In this document: one piece after another, positions 10,384 to 19,479 of the stretch
Position numbering within the stretch: position 1 is the first letter of the stretch
Layout of the letters: each line of letters opens with the position of its first letter
Origin: Candidatus Nanoarchaeia archaeon
Lineage (GTDB): Archaea; Nanobdellota; Nanobdellia; SCGC-AAA011-G17; GW2011-AR18
DNA length: 63,610 bases
Reading direction: 5' to 3'
Assembly (NCBI GenBank): GCA_035289605.1
Contig: DATDWR010000007.1
Coordinates: 1-63,610 of the forward strand
Program-made: the position numbers and the translations under genes
Notes under the pieces: model-generated
The model's input: the letters and a program-made list of their open reading frames with translations, nothing else
Database searches by the model: none
Told to the model about the DNA's origin: nothing

Positions 10384-11827
10384 GCATATATTAATTATCT
10401 TGATATTCTTGTTAACATTAGGCTTTAGACTTTACTTCAGCCTAGGAAATGAAGTATTCAATAGCGACCAGGCTTACCACAACTTCAGAACCATACAAAA
10501 TATAATAAACGAAAAAGCACTGCCACAACATGACTCATTAAGCTATGGCGGAAGAGAGATTGTTTATCCTTCCCTATTTAATATACTTCTTGCAATACTC
10601 AGCTTCGGAAGCATAACCATACTCAAAGTGCTAACAGAAATAATGGCTTCAAGCCTTGTAATAATTATTTATCTAATAGCCAAAGACATGAGCAATAACA
10701 ATTACAGCGCATTATTCAGCAGCCTCCTATCTGCATTCATTCCAGGCCTAATAACTGACACTGTAAATAACCTGTCGGCATTCTCCCTAGCGCTGCCAAT
10801 ATTCTTTTTATTACTATACCTGTTCCTAAGACTAGAAAACAAAGAACTACTATTAATATTCATTGCACTTATATTCTTACTTGCTGCAACTGATGCCACG
10901 GTATTCATCTTTATTTTAACAATAATATTTTATTTTCTCCTGATAAGCGGCGGCGCACTAAATGCCTCAAGAATAGAAAAAGAAGCCGCCATATCATCCA
11001 GCCTTGTAATAATACTCATCAGCCTCATAATATACAAAAAAGCATTTCTTGTCTATGGAATAAAAACCATATGGCAAAACGCACCTGCAAACATAGTGGT
11101 AGACAGCTTTAGGAATTTTTCACCACTAGACTTAATACTAAATGTCGGAATAGTAAGCCTGCTTCTAGGATCTGCAGGACTTTACCTAGGAATAAAAAGA
11201 GAAAGAAAAAAAACAGTATACTTGTTCAGCGCATTCATGCTCTGCATATTATTCTTACTTTCATTCAGGCTGATAACCCTTGCAGCAGGCCTAATATTCT
11301 TCGGAATAGGATTCGCAATATTTTCCTCACTTGCAATGAAACATATGTATGACTTTTTAGAAAGATCCAAACTAGAATCAACTGAACTAGTATTAACAAT
11401 AATTTTCATAATATTTTTTGTGGCATTCTCCCTTATACCTTCATATAATACAATAGGCAATATAGGAAAGATAAACCAGGAAAAAATAAACGACATGATG
11501 CAGCTTAGAAACAGTGCGGAAATAAATGCCACAGTACTTGGAAACATAAGAGAGGGAAATCTTATAACTGCAATAGCATTAAGAAAAAATGTACTAGACT
11601 CGAATTTCCTTCTAGCGCCTTCGCCTGTTGAAAGACAAAACGATGCCAAGCTGATGTACACAGGACTAAGCGAGGCAAAAGCCCTAGAATTGGCTAAAAA
11701 ATACAAAATCAACATAATCTATCTATCAGAAGACACAAAAGCCTTGTACGGAATAACATCATTAAAATATTCTGAAGGCGGAAGATGCTTCATAAAGGAG
11801 GGAAATTTCTATGTGGTTAAGTGCTAA
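10367..11827 (+). CDS. multi-TM GT-C fold protein, AglB/STT3-like without WWDYG
   Basis: N-terminal TM then SDQAYHNFR...DSLSYGGR loop, about 11 TM segments, soluble C-terminal domain ending KYKINIIY. Confidence 0.55.
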   Translation: MKLKTEHILIILIFLLTLGFRLYFSLGNEVFNSDQAYHNFRTIQNIINEKALPQHDSLSYGGREIVYPSLFNILLAILSFGSITILKVLTEIMASSLVIIIYLIAKDMSNNNYSALFSSLLSAFIPGLITDTVNNLSAFSLALPIFFLLLYLFLRLENKELLLIFIALIFLLAATDATVFIFILTIIFYFLLISGGALNASRIEKEAAISSSLVIILISLIIYKKAFLVYGIKTIWQNAPANIVVDSFRNFSPLDLILNVGIVSLLLGSAGLYLGIKRERKKTVYLFSAFMLCILFLLSFRLITLAAGLIFFGIGFAIFSSLAMKHMYDFLERSKLESTELVLTIIFIIFFVAFSLIPSYNTIGNIGKINQEKINDMMQLRNSAEINATVLGNIREGNLITAIALRKNVLDSNFLLAPSPVERQNDAKLMYTGLSEAKALELAKKYKINIIYLSEDTKALYGITSLKYSEGGRCFIKEGNFYVVKC

Positions 11828-13250
11828 GCCCTCATTTTTCATCTTATTTTTATTGTGCATAGCTGCCCTGCTTGCTCCGATGATATTAAGGCAAGACTAC
11901 GAAGAAGCATCATTTATGGGAAGCGATTCTTACAGCTCACTAAGAATAGCGCAATACATACATGAAAACGGAAGACTTCCGACAGAAGACAGCCTAAGCT
12001 ATGGGGGAAGACCTTATGCTGGAGAATACGGCTGGCCTATTTTATTGTCTATACATCCTCAAATACTTGCAAAGTGGCTGCCATTTATTTTCGGCATACT
12101 AAGCTTCATATTATTTTATTTGATAGTAAACAGGCATAATAAAAACATGAGAGGAATGGCATCATTATTCCTAATACTATCACCAGCTTTCATCTATACA
12201 TTTTCCACACCGCTAAAGTACGGAATTTCTATATTTTTAGCTCTGCTCGGCATATATCTCAAAATAAAAAATAAAGATATGGCTTCGAACATTGTACTAG
12301 GACTAATAGGATTTTTCAGCATACTAACACTCTTAATGGCAATGCTAATTTATCTTATATATTCTAGAAAAACAAAAGAATACAACAGCCTATCTATTGT
12401 AGCATTGTTTTTCTTGGTATCATTCCTTCTTCAATTCTACAGGCTCATATATCTAGGACTGCCTGAAGCTTTTTTCTGGCCTGGAGAAATTTCATTAATA
12501 AAACTTGTCAACATTACATTTTCAGATTTTGGAAGCATAACAGGCTTAAGCTTACTGGCTTTTGTGACAGCACTACTTGGTGCATATTCAATATGGAAAG
12601 CAAAATATAAATTCATATTCTATTTTATCTTACTTTTTATACTAATAAGCTTATCATTATATTTCAGCTTTATAATTTCTTACCTAGCATTTATCATAGC
12701 TCTGCTTGCTGCATACGGATTCAAGTCATTACTAGAGAGAGAGTGGAGATCGGAAGCTTTCAGGCATTTAACTTTACTAGTAATAATCTGCGGAGTATTC
12801 TTTTCTTCAATAGTATTTGCCAAGGAAGTTACGGAAATAGAACCTTCCAGAGGATTTACGGAAGCATTCGCATTTCTAAAAAGCCAGGAACAAAACACCA
12901 TGGTATTTTCGCACTACAGCAGAGGAGAATATATCGCGTATGCCGGAAGAGTAAATTTCATAGACGAAAACCCGTTTTACGCAAGCAACGTAGAGCTCAG
13001 AATACTGGACAGCAACAGGCTGATACATGCAAAAAATATAAACACTGCAACCTCAATAATAAACAAATACAACATAAAATATATCTGGCTTGACAGGAAA
13101 CTTATAGAAGAACTATGGGGAAGAAATGAACTTGAACTTATATTTCTATTAAGGTACAGCCCGAACAATTTCAAAAAAATCTTTGACAATGGAGATGTTG
13201 AAATATATGAATATGTAAAAACACTCGGCGGGAAATATACAAATGTTTGA
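11811..13250 (+). CDS. multi-TM GT-C fold protein, paralog of 10367-11827
   Basis: SDSYSSLR...DSLSYGGR; VFSHYSRGEYI at the WWDYG-equivalent position; KYNIKYIW; FDNGDVEIY. Confidence 0.55.
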   Translation: MWLSAKPSFFILFLLCIAALLAPMILRQDYEEASFMGSDSYSSLRIAQYIHENGRLPTEDSLSYGGRPYAGEYGWPILLSIHPQILAKWLPFIFGILSFILFYLIVNRHNKNMRGMASLFLILSPAFIYTFSTPLKYGISIFLALLGIYLKIKNKDMASNIVLGLIGFFSILTLLMAMLIYLIYSRKTKEYNSLSIVALFFLVSFLLQFYRLIYLGLPEAFFWPGEISLIKLVNITFSDFGSITGLSLLAFVTALLGAYSIWKAKYKFIFYFILLFILISLSLYFSFIISYLAFIIALLAAYGFKSLLEREWRSEAFRHLTLLVIICGVFFSSIVFAKEVTEIEPSRGFTEAFAFLKSQEQNTMVFSHYSRGEYIAYAGRVNFIDENPFYASNVELRILDSNRLIHAKNINTATSIINKYNIKYIWLDRKLIEELWGRNELELIFLLRYSPNNFKKIFDNGDVEIYEYVKTLGGKYTNV

Positions 13251-14493
13251 AATTTACATATGGACAATAGCATTCATATCATTATATGTGTCTATATTCT
13301 GGATAATTGTAAGCAGCCTGTCAAAGAACAAGCAGAAGCCACAACCACTAAAAATTTATCCAAAAATCAGCATAGGCGTGCCTGTCTGGAATGAAGAAAA
13401 AACTGTAATAAGATCTATAAAATCCCTGCTAGAACTTGAATATCCAAAAGACAAACTTGAAATCATAGCAGTAAACGACGGAAGCACAGACAAAACTAAA
13501 ACCATAGTGGAAGAATACATAAGAAAAAACAAACTCAAAAATGTAATATTAATCAGCCAGGAAAACAGAGGAAAGGCAGGAGCACTAAACACTGCATTGA
13601 GGCATGCGGGAGGAGAGTATTTCGGAGTATTTGATGCTGACTCAATAGCAAGCAAAGAAGCGCTTAAACTAATGCTTCCATACTTTCAAACAGAAGAAAA
13701 CGTTGCTGCAGTCATAAGCCCGATAAAAGTTTATGATCCAAAAAATGTAGTAGAAAAAATACAAAGAATCGAGTATATATTTACCTCATTTGTAAGAAAA
13801 CTAATGAGCGATGTCGGAACTCTGCACATAACACACGGAGTGCTAAGCATATTCAGAAAAGATATAATAGAAAAAATAGGAGGATTTGACGAAAAAATAA
13901 ACAGGAACCTTACTGAAGATCTTGAAATAGCATTAAGGCTCAAGAAAAACCACTACCAAATTGTGCTCTCCGAAGAGAATGTGAACTACACGAGAGTGCC
14001 AGACAAAGCAAAAATATTATGGTTCCAGAGAGTGAGATGGTTTAGGGGATTCATGGTCAACAACATTAGCTATAAAGACATGATACTAAACAAAAGATAC
14101 GGGCTATTAGGAAGATTCCAGATGCCACTGGAGATACTTACACTTGGAATAGTATTTACTTCACTAGGATTTCTAACATACCAACTAGTGAAAAGACTAT
14201 ACTTTCTTATAATAAAGCTGTCAATACTCAAGTGGGAAATATTTGATTACATCAAAATACCAACATTAAAACAATTTATCCTGGATCTTAACATCAAAAT
14301 TCTATTTCCTGTAGTGGTCAGCTTAATAGCAGGACTGTACCTTTACACAATGGCTCACAGATACACAAAAGAAAAATGGAGCTTTCATTTAGTATCATTT
14401 ATATATCTATTTTTGTACCCAATTTTTAGAAGCATACAATGGGTTCACGCATTGCTTCTAGAATTGTTTCAGGCAGGAAGAAAATGGCGGTAA
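13243..14493 (+). CDS. processive GT2 glycosyltransferase (cellulose synthase/PgaC-like)
   Basis: VPVWNEE, NDGSTD, GKAGALN, FDAD, TED, QRVRW and flanking TM helices. Confidence 0.9.
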   Translation: MFEIYIWTIAFISLYVSIFWIIVSSLSKNKQKPQPLKIYPKISIGVPVWNEEKTVIRSIKSLLELEYPKDKLEIIAVNDGSTDKTKTIVEEYIRKNKLKNVILISQENRGKAGALNTALRHAGGEYFGVFDADSIASKEALKLMLPYFQTEENVAAVISPIKVYDPKNVVEKIQRIEYIFTSFVRKLMSDVGTLHITHGVLSIFRKDIIEKIGGFDEKINRNLTEDLEIALRLKKNHYQIVLSEENVNYTRVPDKAKILWFQRVRWFRGFMVNNISYKDMILNKRYGLLGRFQMPLEILTLGIVFTSLGFLTYQLVKRLYFLIIKLSILKWEIFDYIKIPTLKQFILDLNIKILFPVVVSLIAGLYLYTMAHRYTKEKWSFHLVSFIYLFLYPIFRSIQWVHALLLELFQAGRKWR

Positions 14494-15143
14494 AAATCTT
14501 CAGAAAGGACATACTTGTAACCACATTAATAATAGTCATTGCAATATTCTTGCTCGGATTATATCTAGGATTCAAGCTTGACACATTCAGGATTGACGAA
14601 GCAACAGAGCTACTAAAAAAAAGCGAGCTGGACAGCGATAGCTTCGTTGCAGAAAGCGCATTTCTTGAACAGTTCATTGGAGAAAACTGCGAGCTGGGAA
14701 AAAACAGAGTCAAAGTTTTAAGCGATGAGCTTGGGGAAATAGGAAGAACACTAACAAGATACGACCAAAGAAAACTATTTGAAAAAGACTCCTACAAACA
14801 GCTGAAAAGAAAATATTTCATACTTGAAATAAAATCATACAGCCTGCTCAAAGAGCTCAGGGAAAAATGCGGAAAAGAAAATGAAATAATACTCTTCTTC
14901 TATGATGTAACAGACAATGAAGAATCACTTAAGCAAGGATTTGCTCTTGATAAACTTGTAAACAAGAACCCCAAGCTAATAGTCTTTTCAATAGACAGAG
15001 AGTTTGAGGAACCAATGCTTAAAACAATAAAAGAATTCTATAACATAACTAAAGGGCCTTCAATAATAATAAACTTTGAAAAGAAATTCGAACGATATGT
15101 AAGCGAAGGAGAGCTTAAAGAATTTCTAAATGAAGATAGATGA
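14484..15143 (+). CDS. membrane-anchored protein with thioredoxin-like C-terminal fold, no CxxC
   Basis: Likely start ATG14484 overlapping the GT2 stop; N-terminal TM; ILFFY...VFSID...YNITKGPSIIIN pattern. Confidence 0.5.
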   Translation: MAVKIFRKDILVTTLIIVIAIFLLGLYLGFKLDTFRIDEATELLKKSELDSDSFVAESAFLEQFIGENCELGKNRVKVLSDELGEIGRTLTRYDQRKLFEKDSYKQLKRKYFILEIKSYSLLKELREKCGKENEIILFFYDVTDNEESLKQGFALDKLVNKNPKLIVFSIDREFEEPMLKTIKEFYNITKGPSIIINFEKKFERYVSEGELKEFLNEDR

Positions 15144-15254
15144 GTGCCTAAATAAATATTTATATTATAATTACTGATGAGCTATAAAAATACATCCTTG
15201 GAGTGTACTTCTAATATTAGAAAAAATTAAATAAAACTTAGGGATTATAACTAT

Positions 15255-15686
15255 ATGGGCTATTGTGAATTATGCGGCAAAGAGGATGACCTACATAAAT
15301 CACTAGTAGAGGGTGTTGTTCTAAAAGTCTGCAGCAACTGCTCAGGATTTGGAAGAATTATAGAGGAGAAAAAGATGCAATATACTAAAATAACCAACAT
15401 TTATGAAGTCGAAGATAACATAGTAGAAAACTTTGGGAACCTAATAAAAAGTGCCAGAGAAAAGAGAAGCATGACACAAAAAGAACTGGCAGATAAAATT
15501 AAAGAAAGAGAGTCAATGATAAGCAAGATTGAAAAAAATGAATTAAAGCCTGACGTGAATACAGCAAGAAAGTTTGAAAAATTCTTCAATATCAAATTAA
15601 TTTACAAAGAAGGAATTCCTGAAAAGCAAACAAAAAAGCCTACAGCAGGAATGTTTACAATAGGAGATGCTGTAAGGAGCGAATGA
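15255..15686 (+). CDS. mbf1: multiprotein bridging factor aMBF1
   Basis: CELCG...CSNC zinc ribbon, Cro-type HTH, C-terminal TIGD. Confidence 0.9.
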   Translation: MGYCELCGKEDDLHKSLVEGVVLKVCSNCSGFGRIIEEKKMQYTKITNIYEVEDNIVENFGNLIKSAREKRSMTQKELADKIKERESMISKIEKNELKPDVNTARKFEKFFNIKLIYKEGIPEKQTKKPTAGMFTIGDAVRSE

Positions 15687-16297
15687 ATATTATGAACAAG
15701 AAAAAACTTGCGATAGAGCTAAGCGAGCTTCAACTGCTGAAAACGCTAAACATTAAATTAGAACAATACCAGACTGAGAGCGAGATAGCAGCAGAACTAT
15801 TATGGAAGGCTTACACTGATTGCAATATAGAAAACAAGAATGTTGCGGACTTCGGGTGCGGGAACGGAATACTTGGAACAGGCGCCTTATTGCTAGGAGC
15901 TAAAAAAGTGTATTTTATAGACAAAGATGAAAACGCTCTTCAAGTCTGCAGAATAAACACTTCAAAATTTAAAAATGCAACTTACCTGCTCGGCAACATT
16001 AGAGACTTTGACAGAAAAGCTGATACTGTGGTGATGAATCCGCCATTTGGGGTAAAAAACAGAAAAGCAGACAAGGAATTTCTGTTGAAAGCATTTGAAA
16101 CAGCAGAAAATATTTATTCAATACACAAGATAGAAAGCAGAAATTTCATAGACAAGATAAGCGAAGAGAATAATTTTATTGTAAAGGAAATAATTGAAAG
16201 AAAATTACTAATAAAAAGAACATACAAATTCCATAAAAAAGAGAAATATTATGTCAATGTTGGAATATGGCATTTGAAAAGAGCAATAGGAACATAA
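15683..16297 (+). CDS. METTL5-family N6-adenine methyltransferase
   Basis: LEQYQT, DFGCGNGILG, MNPPFG, YSIHK, FHKK. Confidence 0.88.
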   Translation: MNIMNKKKLAIELSELQLLKTLNIKLEQYQTESEIAAELLWKAYTDCNIENKNVADFGCGNGILGTGALLLGAKKVYFIDKDENALQVCRINTSKFKNATYLLGNIRDFDRKADTVVMNPPFGVKNRKADKEFLLKAFETAENIYSIHKIESRNFIDKISEENNFIVKEIIERKLLIKRTYKFHKKEKYYVNVGIWHLKRAIGT

Positions 16298-16349
16298 CTT
16301 TTTAATCAGCGAAATTTATATAAATTCATAGCATAAGAAAGTATTTACT

Positions 16350-16784
16350 ATGAAAAAAATATTTATTCCTCTTATTTTGTGCCTTGCTTTAGCAGCTTCT
16401 TTAGTATATGCAGGCTATTCAGGAAGCAGCGATTCTTTAAACAATATGGCTAGAAAATCTGTTAAATGCGGAGTTGCTTCAGGCAATTTATACGTACTCG
16501 GAGCTGAGCTGAAAAACGGAGTTAATATTGCTTTTACATTTTATGATATAAACGGCAATGGAAAGTTAGATTCTGGCGATGTAGTTGATATCAGCCAAAC
16601 AGGAGACGATATCGGCGGAGACTGGGAGAAATACTTATTCTCCTATTATCCATTTACATCAGTCAGAGGGACATATTCTGACTACAACACAAACACAAAG
16701 CACAAGTATTCAAGAACAGAGGCACAAAAACAAGCATTTCTGGCTGTAAGAAAACTTCAAACAGGAATTCCAAGAAACTGCTAG
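16350..16784 (+). CDS. secreted hypothetical protein with DxNGNGKLDSGD Ca-binding-like motif
   Basis: Sec-type signal peptide; FYDINGNGKLDSGD. Confidence 0.6.
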   Translation: MKKIFIPLILCLALAASLVYAGYSGSSDSLNNMARKSVKCGVASGNLYVLGAELKNGVNIAFTFYDINGNGKLDSGDVVDISQTGDDIGGDWEKYLFSYYPFTSVRGTYSDYNTNTKHKYSRTEAQKQAFLAVRKLQTGIPRNC

Positions 16785-16835
16785 CTAATTTTCAAACAGA
16801 ACCCTAAATTAAAAATGAAGATTTTCTTAAAAAGA

Positions 16836-16843
16836 TTTAAATA
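16836..16843 (+). promoter_or_regulatory. archaeal TATA box (TTTAAATA) with purine-rich BRE
   Basis: 30 nt before ATG16866; same geometry at 18616, 19448, 23083, 27834, 30607 and 36731. Confidence 0.6.
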
Positions 16844-16865
16844 ATCAAGAATATTTTTAAAAGCA

Positions 16866-18620
16866 ATGAAAAAGAGCGCTCGCAAACACTACTTACTATT
16901 AATTGTTTTAGTATTTATTTTTTTATCAACTATATCTTTAGTAAACGCTCCTATATCATTACCCGGAGGATTAGCTGATGAATCTCCAGGATTACTAGCG
17001 TACTTGCAATTTGAAGGAAATTTAGAAGATAAAACTTTAAATAATAACGATGGAAAATTAGTTTTTCTAAGAGGGATTTCAACAACGACACAGGCTGTTT
17101 ACGAACCAGGAAGGAAAGGAAAAGCATTAAAACTTGAAGGCAAATACGCAGTAGAGCTGCCAGACAGAGCAAAAGTAGGAAGTCTTCCCCAGTTCACAAT
17201 AATGGCATGGGTAAAGCCTGAAGACAGCCTCAGCAAAAAGCAAAATATAAACTATACCCCAATAATATCAGAATATAATAGTGCAGCACCCAGCAGATAT
17301 ATAATGGGAGCAAGGAAAACACAATATTTGTTTAACCCGTACAAATCAGCAGAATTGATAGAATCTTATACTGAAGAATTTGATGGAAAATGGATGCACG
17401 TGGCAGCAGTTTACAATAAAGATTCAGGAATAAAATTGTTCATAAACGGCATTAAAGTAAAAACAGATACTGCAAGGATACAAGCAGAAGGACCAGAAGC
17501 AGCATACAGATTATTGATAGGAGGAAACGAGGTAGAAGCGGTTCAGAGGTCAGAAATAAGCACTATGAATTTGTACGGAGGACTAATAGATGAGGTAAAA
17601 ATTTATAATTATGCATTAGGAGATATAAATGTAAAGCAATCAATGGAATTTACATGCAAGTTTGATAGCGACTGCGACGAAATAATAGACGGGAATGACA
17701 ATTGCAAAGAAATGCCAAATCCCTCACAAAAAGACAGCGATGGAAATGGAAAAGGAGATGCGTGCGAAAATCAATGGACAGAAACTGATTGTACGGATGG
17801 ATTAGATAATGATTTAGACTTAGCAAAAGACTGTGCTGATGATGACTGCAGAACAAGTGCTGCATGTACAACAAGCGACATTAATTTAGGTCCAGGTTTA
17901 AGACCCATAGACCAACCTTTAGATACAGATAACTTTCAACCAGGAGCATGCGAAGAACAAGGAGGCTTAACCTGTGAAACAGAATGCGGAGACTTTTCAG
18001 AAGCAGATCCAACATACACTGGAGAAGGATTGTGCTGCCTTGGAATAGCTGATCCAACAATTATAGATGAAACTACAGGAGAACCACAAACTGTAGGGCC
18101 TAACTGCGGACCAAAAAGTCCAGCAGCAAACACTTGCGACTATTACGGAACAGCATATGGAGTTGGAGCAGGATTGTGTCCTGGAAGCTGTGCAGAAGAG
18201 AGCCAAGATATAACAGAATTCTCTGATGAGGGAGGGAATCAATTATTTGAAACACCTATAGATGCAGTCGAGGGATTTGCCTGTTGCGTGAGTGAAACTC
18301 CAGAGCAAATAACATGCCAAAGTGAAGAATTCATATCTGCACTTGGACGTTCAGAAACAGTAAAAAGGACACCATGCATTGATGAAGATGGAGATGGGGA
18401 AGGATATTCAACAGTAGAAGCTTCACCGGAATATTTTACAGCAATAGGAATAGATAATGCACAATTAGAAAATGGCAAGTACAATGAACCATGCACAACA
18501 CTTCCTAAAGGAGACAAAGCAGGAGAGATAGTTCCCTTTGTAGGATACTGGAGTTTGCTGATTACATTCCTAATATTAATCTTATTTTATACAAAACTAA
18601 AAACTTTTCAAAAGATTTAA
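16866..18620 (+). CDS. surface protein: LamG-like jelly roll, TSP3-like and Cys/Asp repeats, C-terminal TM
   Basis: FTIMAWVK...WMHVAAVY...GLIDEVKIYN; DNC...NPSQKDSDGNGKGDAC; CTDGLDNDxDxxxDCxDxDC; VPFVG followed by TM. Confidence 0.8.
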   Translation: MKKSARKHYLLLIVLVFIFLSTISLVNAPISLPGGLADESPGLLAYLQFEGNLEDKTLNNNDGKLVFLRGISTTTQAVYEPGRKGKALKLEGKYAVELPDRAKVGSLPQFTIMAWVKPEDSLSKKQNINYTPIISEYNSAAPSRYIMGARKTQYLFNPYKSAELIESYTEEFDGKWMHVAAVYNKDSGIKLFINGIKVKTDTARIQAEGPEAAYRLLIGGNEVEAVQRSEISTMNLYGGLIDEVKIYNYALGDINVKQSMEFTCKFDSDCDEIIDGNDNCKEMPNPSQKDSDGNGKGDACENQWTETDCTDGLDNDLDLAKDCADDDCRTSAACTTSDINLGPGLRPIDQPLDTDNFQPGACEEQGGLTCETECGDFSEADPTYTGEGLCCLGIADPTIIDETTGEPQTVGPNCGPKSPAANTCDYYGTAYGVGAGLCPGSCAEESQDITEFSDEGGNQLFETPIDAVEGFACCVSETPEQITCQSEEFISALGRSETVKRTPCIDEDGDGEGYSTVEASPEYFTAIGIDNAQLENGKYNEPCTTLPKGDKAGEIVPFVGYWSLLITFLILILFYTKLKTFQKI

Positions 18621-18646
18621 ATAATAGTTTATTGCTAAAATCTAAT

Positions 18647-19432
18647 ATGAAAGAAAAAAGGATGCATAATTTATTCTTAATATCAGCGTCAATACTAATC
18701 TTAGTTGCATTTGCCGTTGGATATGCCATAGCACCAAGTGCGACACCTATAATTACACATGAAGCTAAGGATATAGTAACAAGAAATGCTTTAGGAAATG
18801 TAAGAGGAAATGTCAATGATGATATTAATAGTGCCTTATTTGGGACTGGATTATTCAGCATAGCTTATCCACAATTACAGCAACAAATTGCTGAAGTTGA
18901 AGCAAGACTTGGTAGAGAAGTAAATTCTAAAAATGAAGATATGATTAAGCTAGCAGAAATAGTAGAGCAGAGAACCGGAAAATCAGGAATTAAGAATGAT
19001 CTGTTAGCTCATTTTAGAAGATTACAATATTTTGGTTATGGCAGTATATTTGTGGCTACTAATGAAGGAGGGAATCCGCAGAAAGTTGGATTTACTGTCG
19101 AATCTAATTTTAGAGCAGAAGAATGTCAGTTAAGAAGTAATAATGGAATTTGGGAAGGACCTAAATTTAATTGGGGTGGGACTGGCGGTGGCCAATATAA
19201 TTATTATATCGATACTTACAAAAATGAAGATGTTCCAAGTAGACCAGGATGGTATTTCAGTCAGGACTCTTGGCTAGTAGAAGATTTTAAAGATCGCATG
19301 TATTTCCCTAATGGAAAACCGCCAAGTGTAATTGCTAGTGGTGATGATTATGAAACTGAGATTAGATGTAAAGCAGAAGGTTCATCAAATTGGTTACCTG
19401 CACAGAGAGCAATAGTTCATTGGGGAGCCTGA
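18647..19432 (+). CDS. secreted or membrane-anchored hypothetical protein
   Basis: ATG18647 lies 31 nt after TTTAAATA; N-terminal hydrophobic helix; Trp/Gly-rich C-terminal half; T-tract after the stop. Confidence 0.65.
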   Translation: MKEKRMHNLFLISASILILVAFAVGYAIAPSATPIITHEAKDIVTRNALGNVRGNVNDDINSALFGTGLFSIAYPQLQQQIAEVEARLGREVNSKNEDMIKLAEIVEQRTGKSGIKNDLLAHFRRLQYFGYGSIFVATNEGGNPQKVGFTVESNFRAEECQLRSNNGIWEGPKFNWGGTGGGQYNYYIDTYKNEDVPSRPGWYFSQDSWLVEDFKDRMYFPNGKPPSVIASGDDYETEIRCKAEGSSNWLPAQRAIVHWGA

Positions 19433-19479
19433 TTTTTTTTCGCAATATTTAAATATCCAAACAAACCAAAATTCTTATC

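Noticed and set aside
10367-13250. Calling either GT-C protein the oligosaccharyltransferase AglB
   Set aside because: Neither has the WWDYG motif, and both are much shorter than typical AglB.
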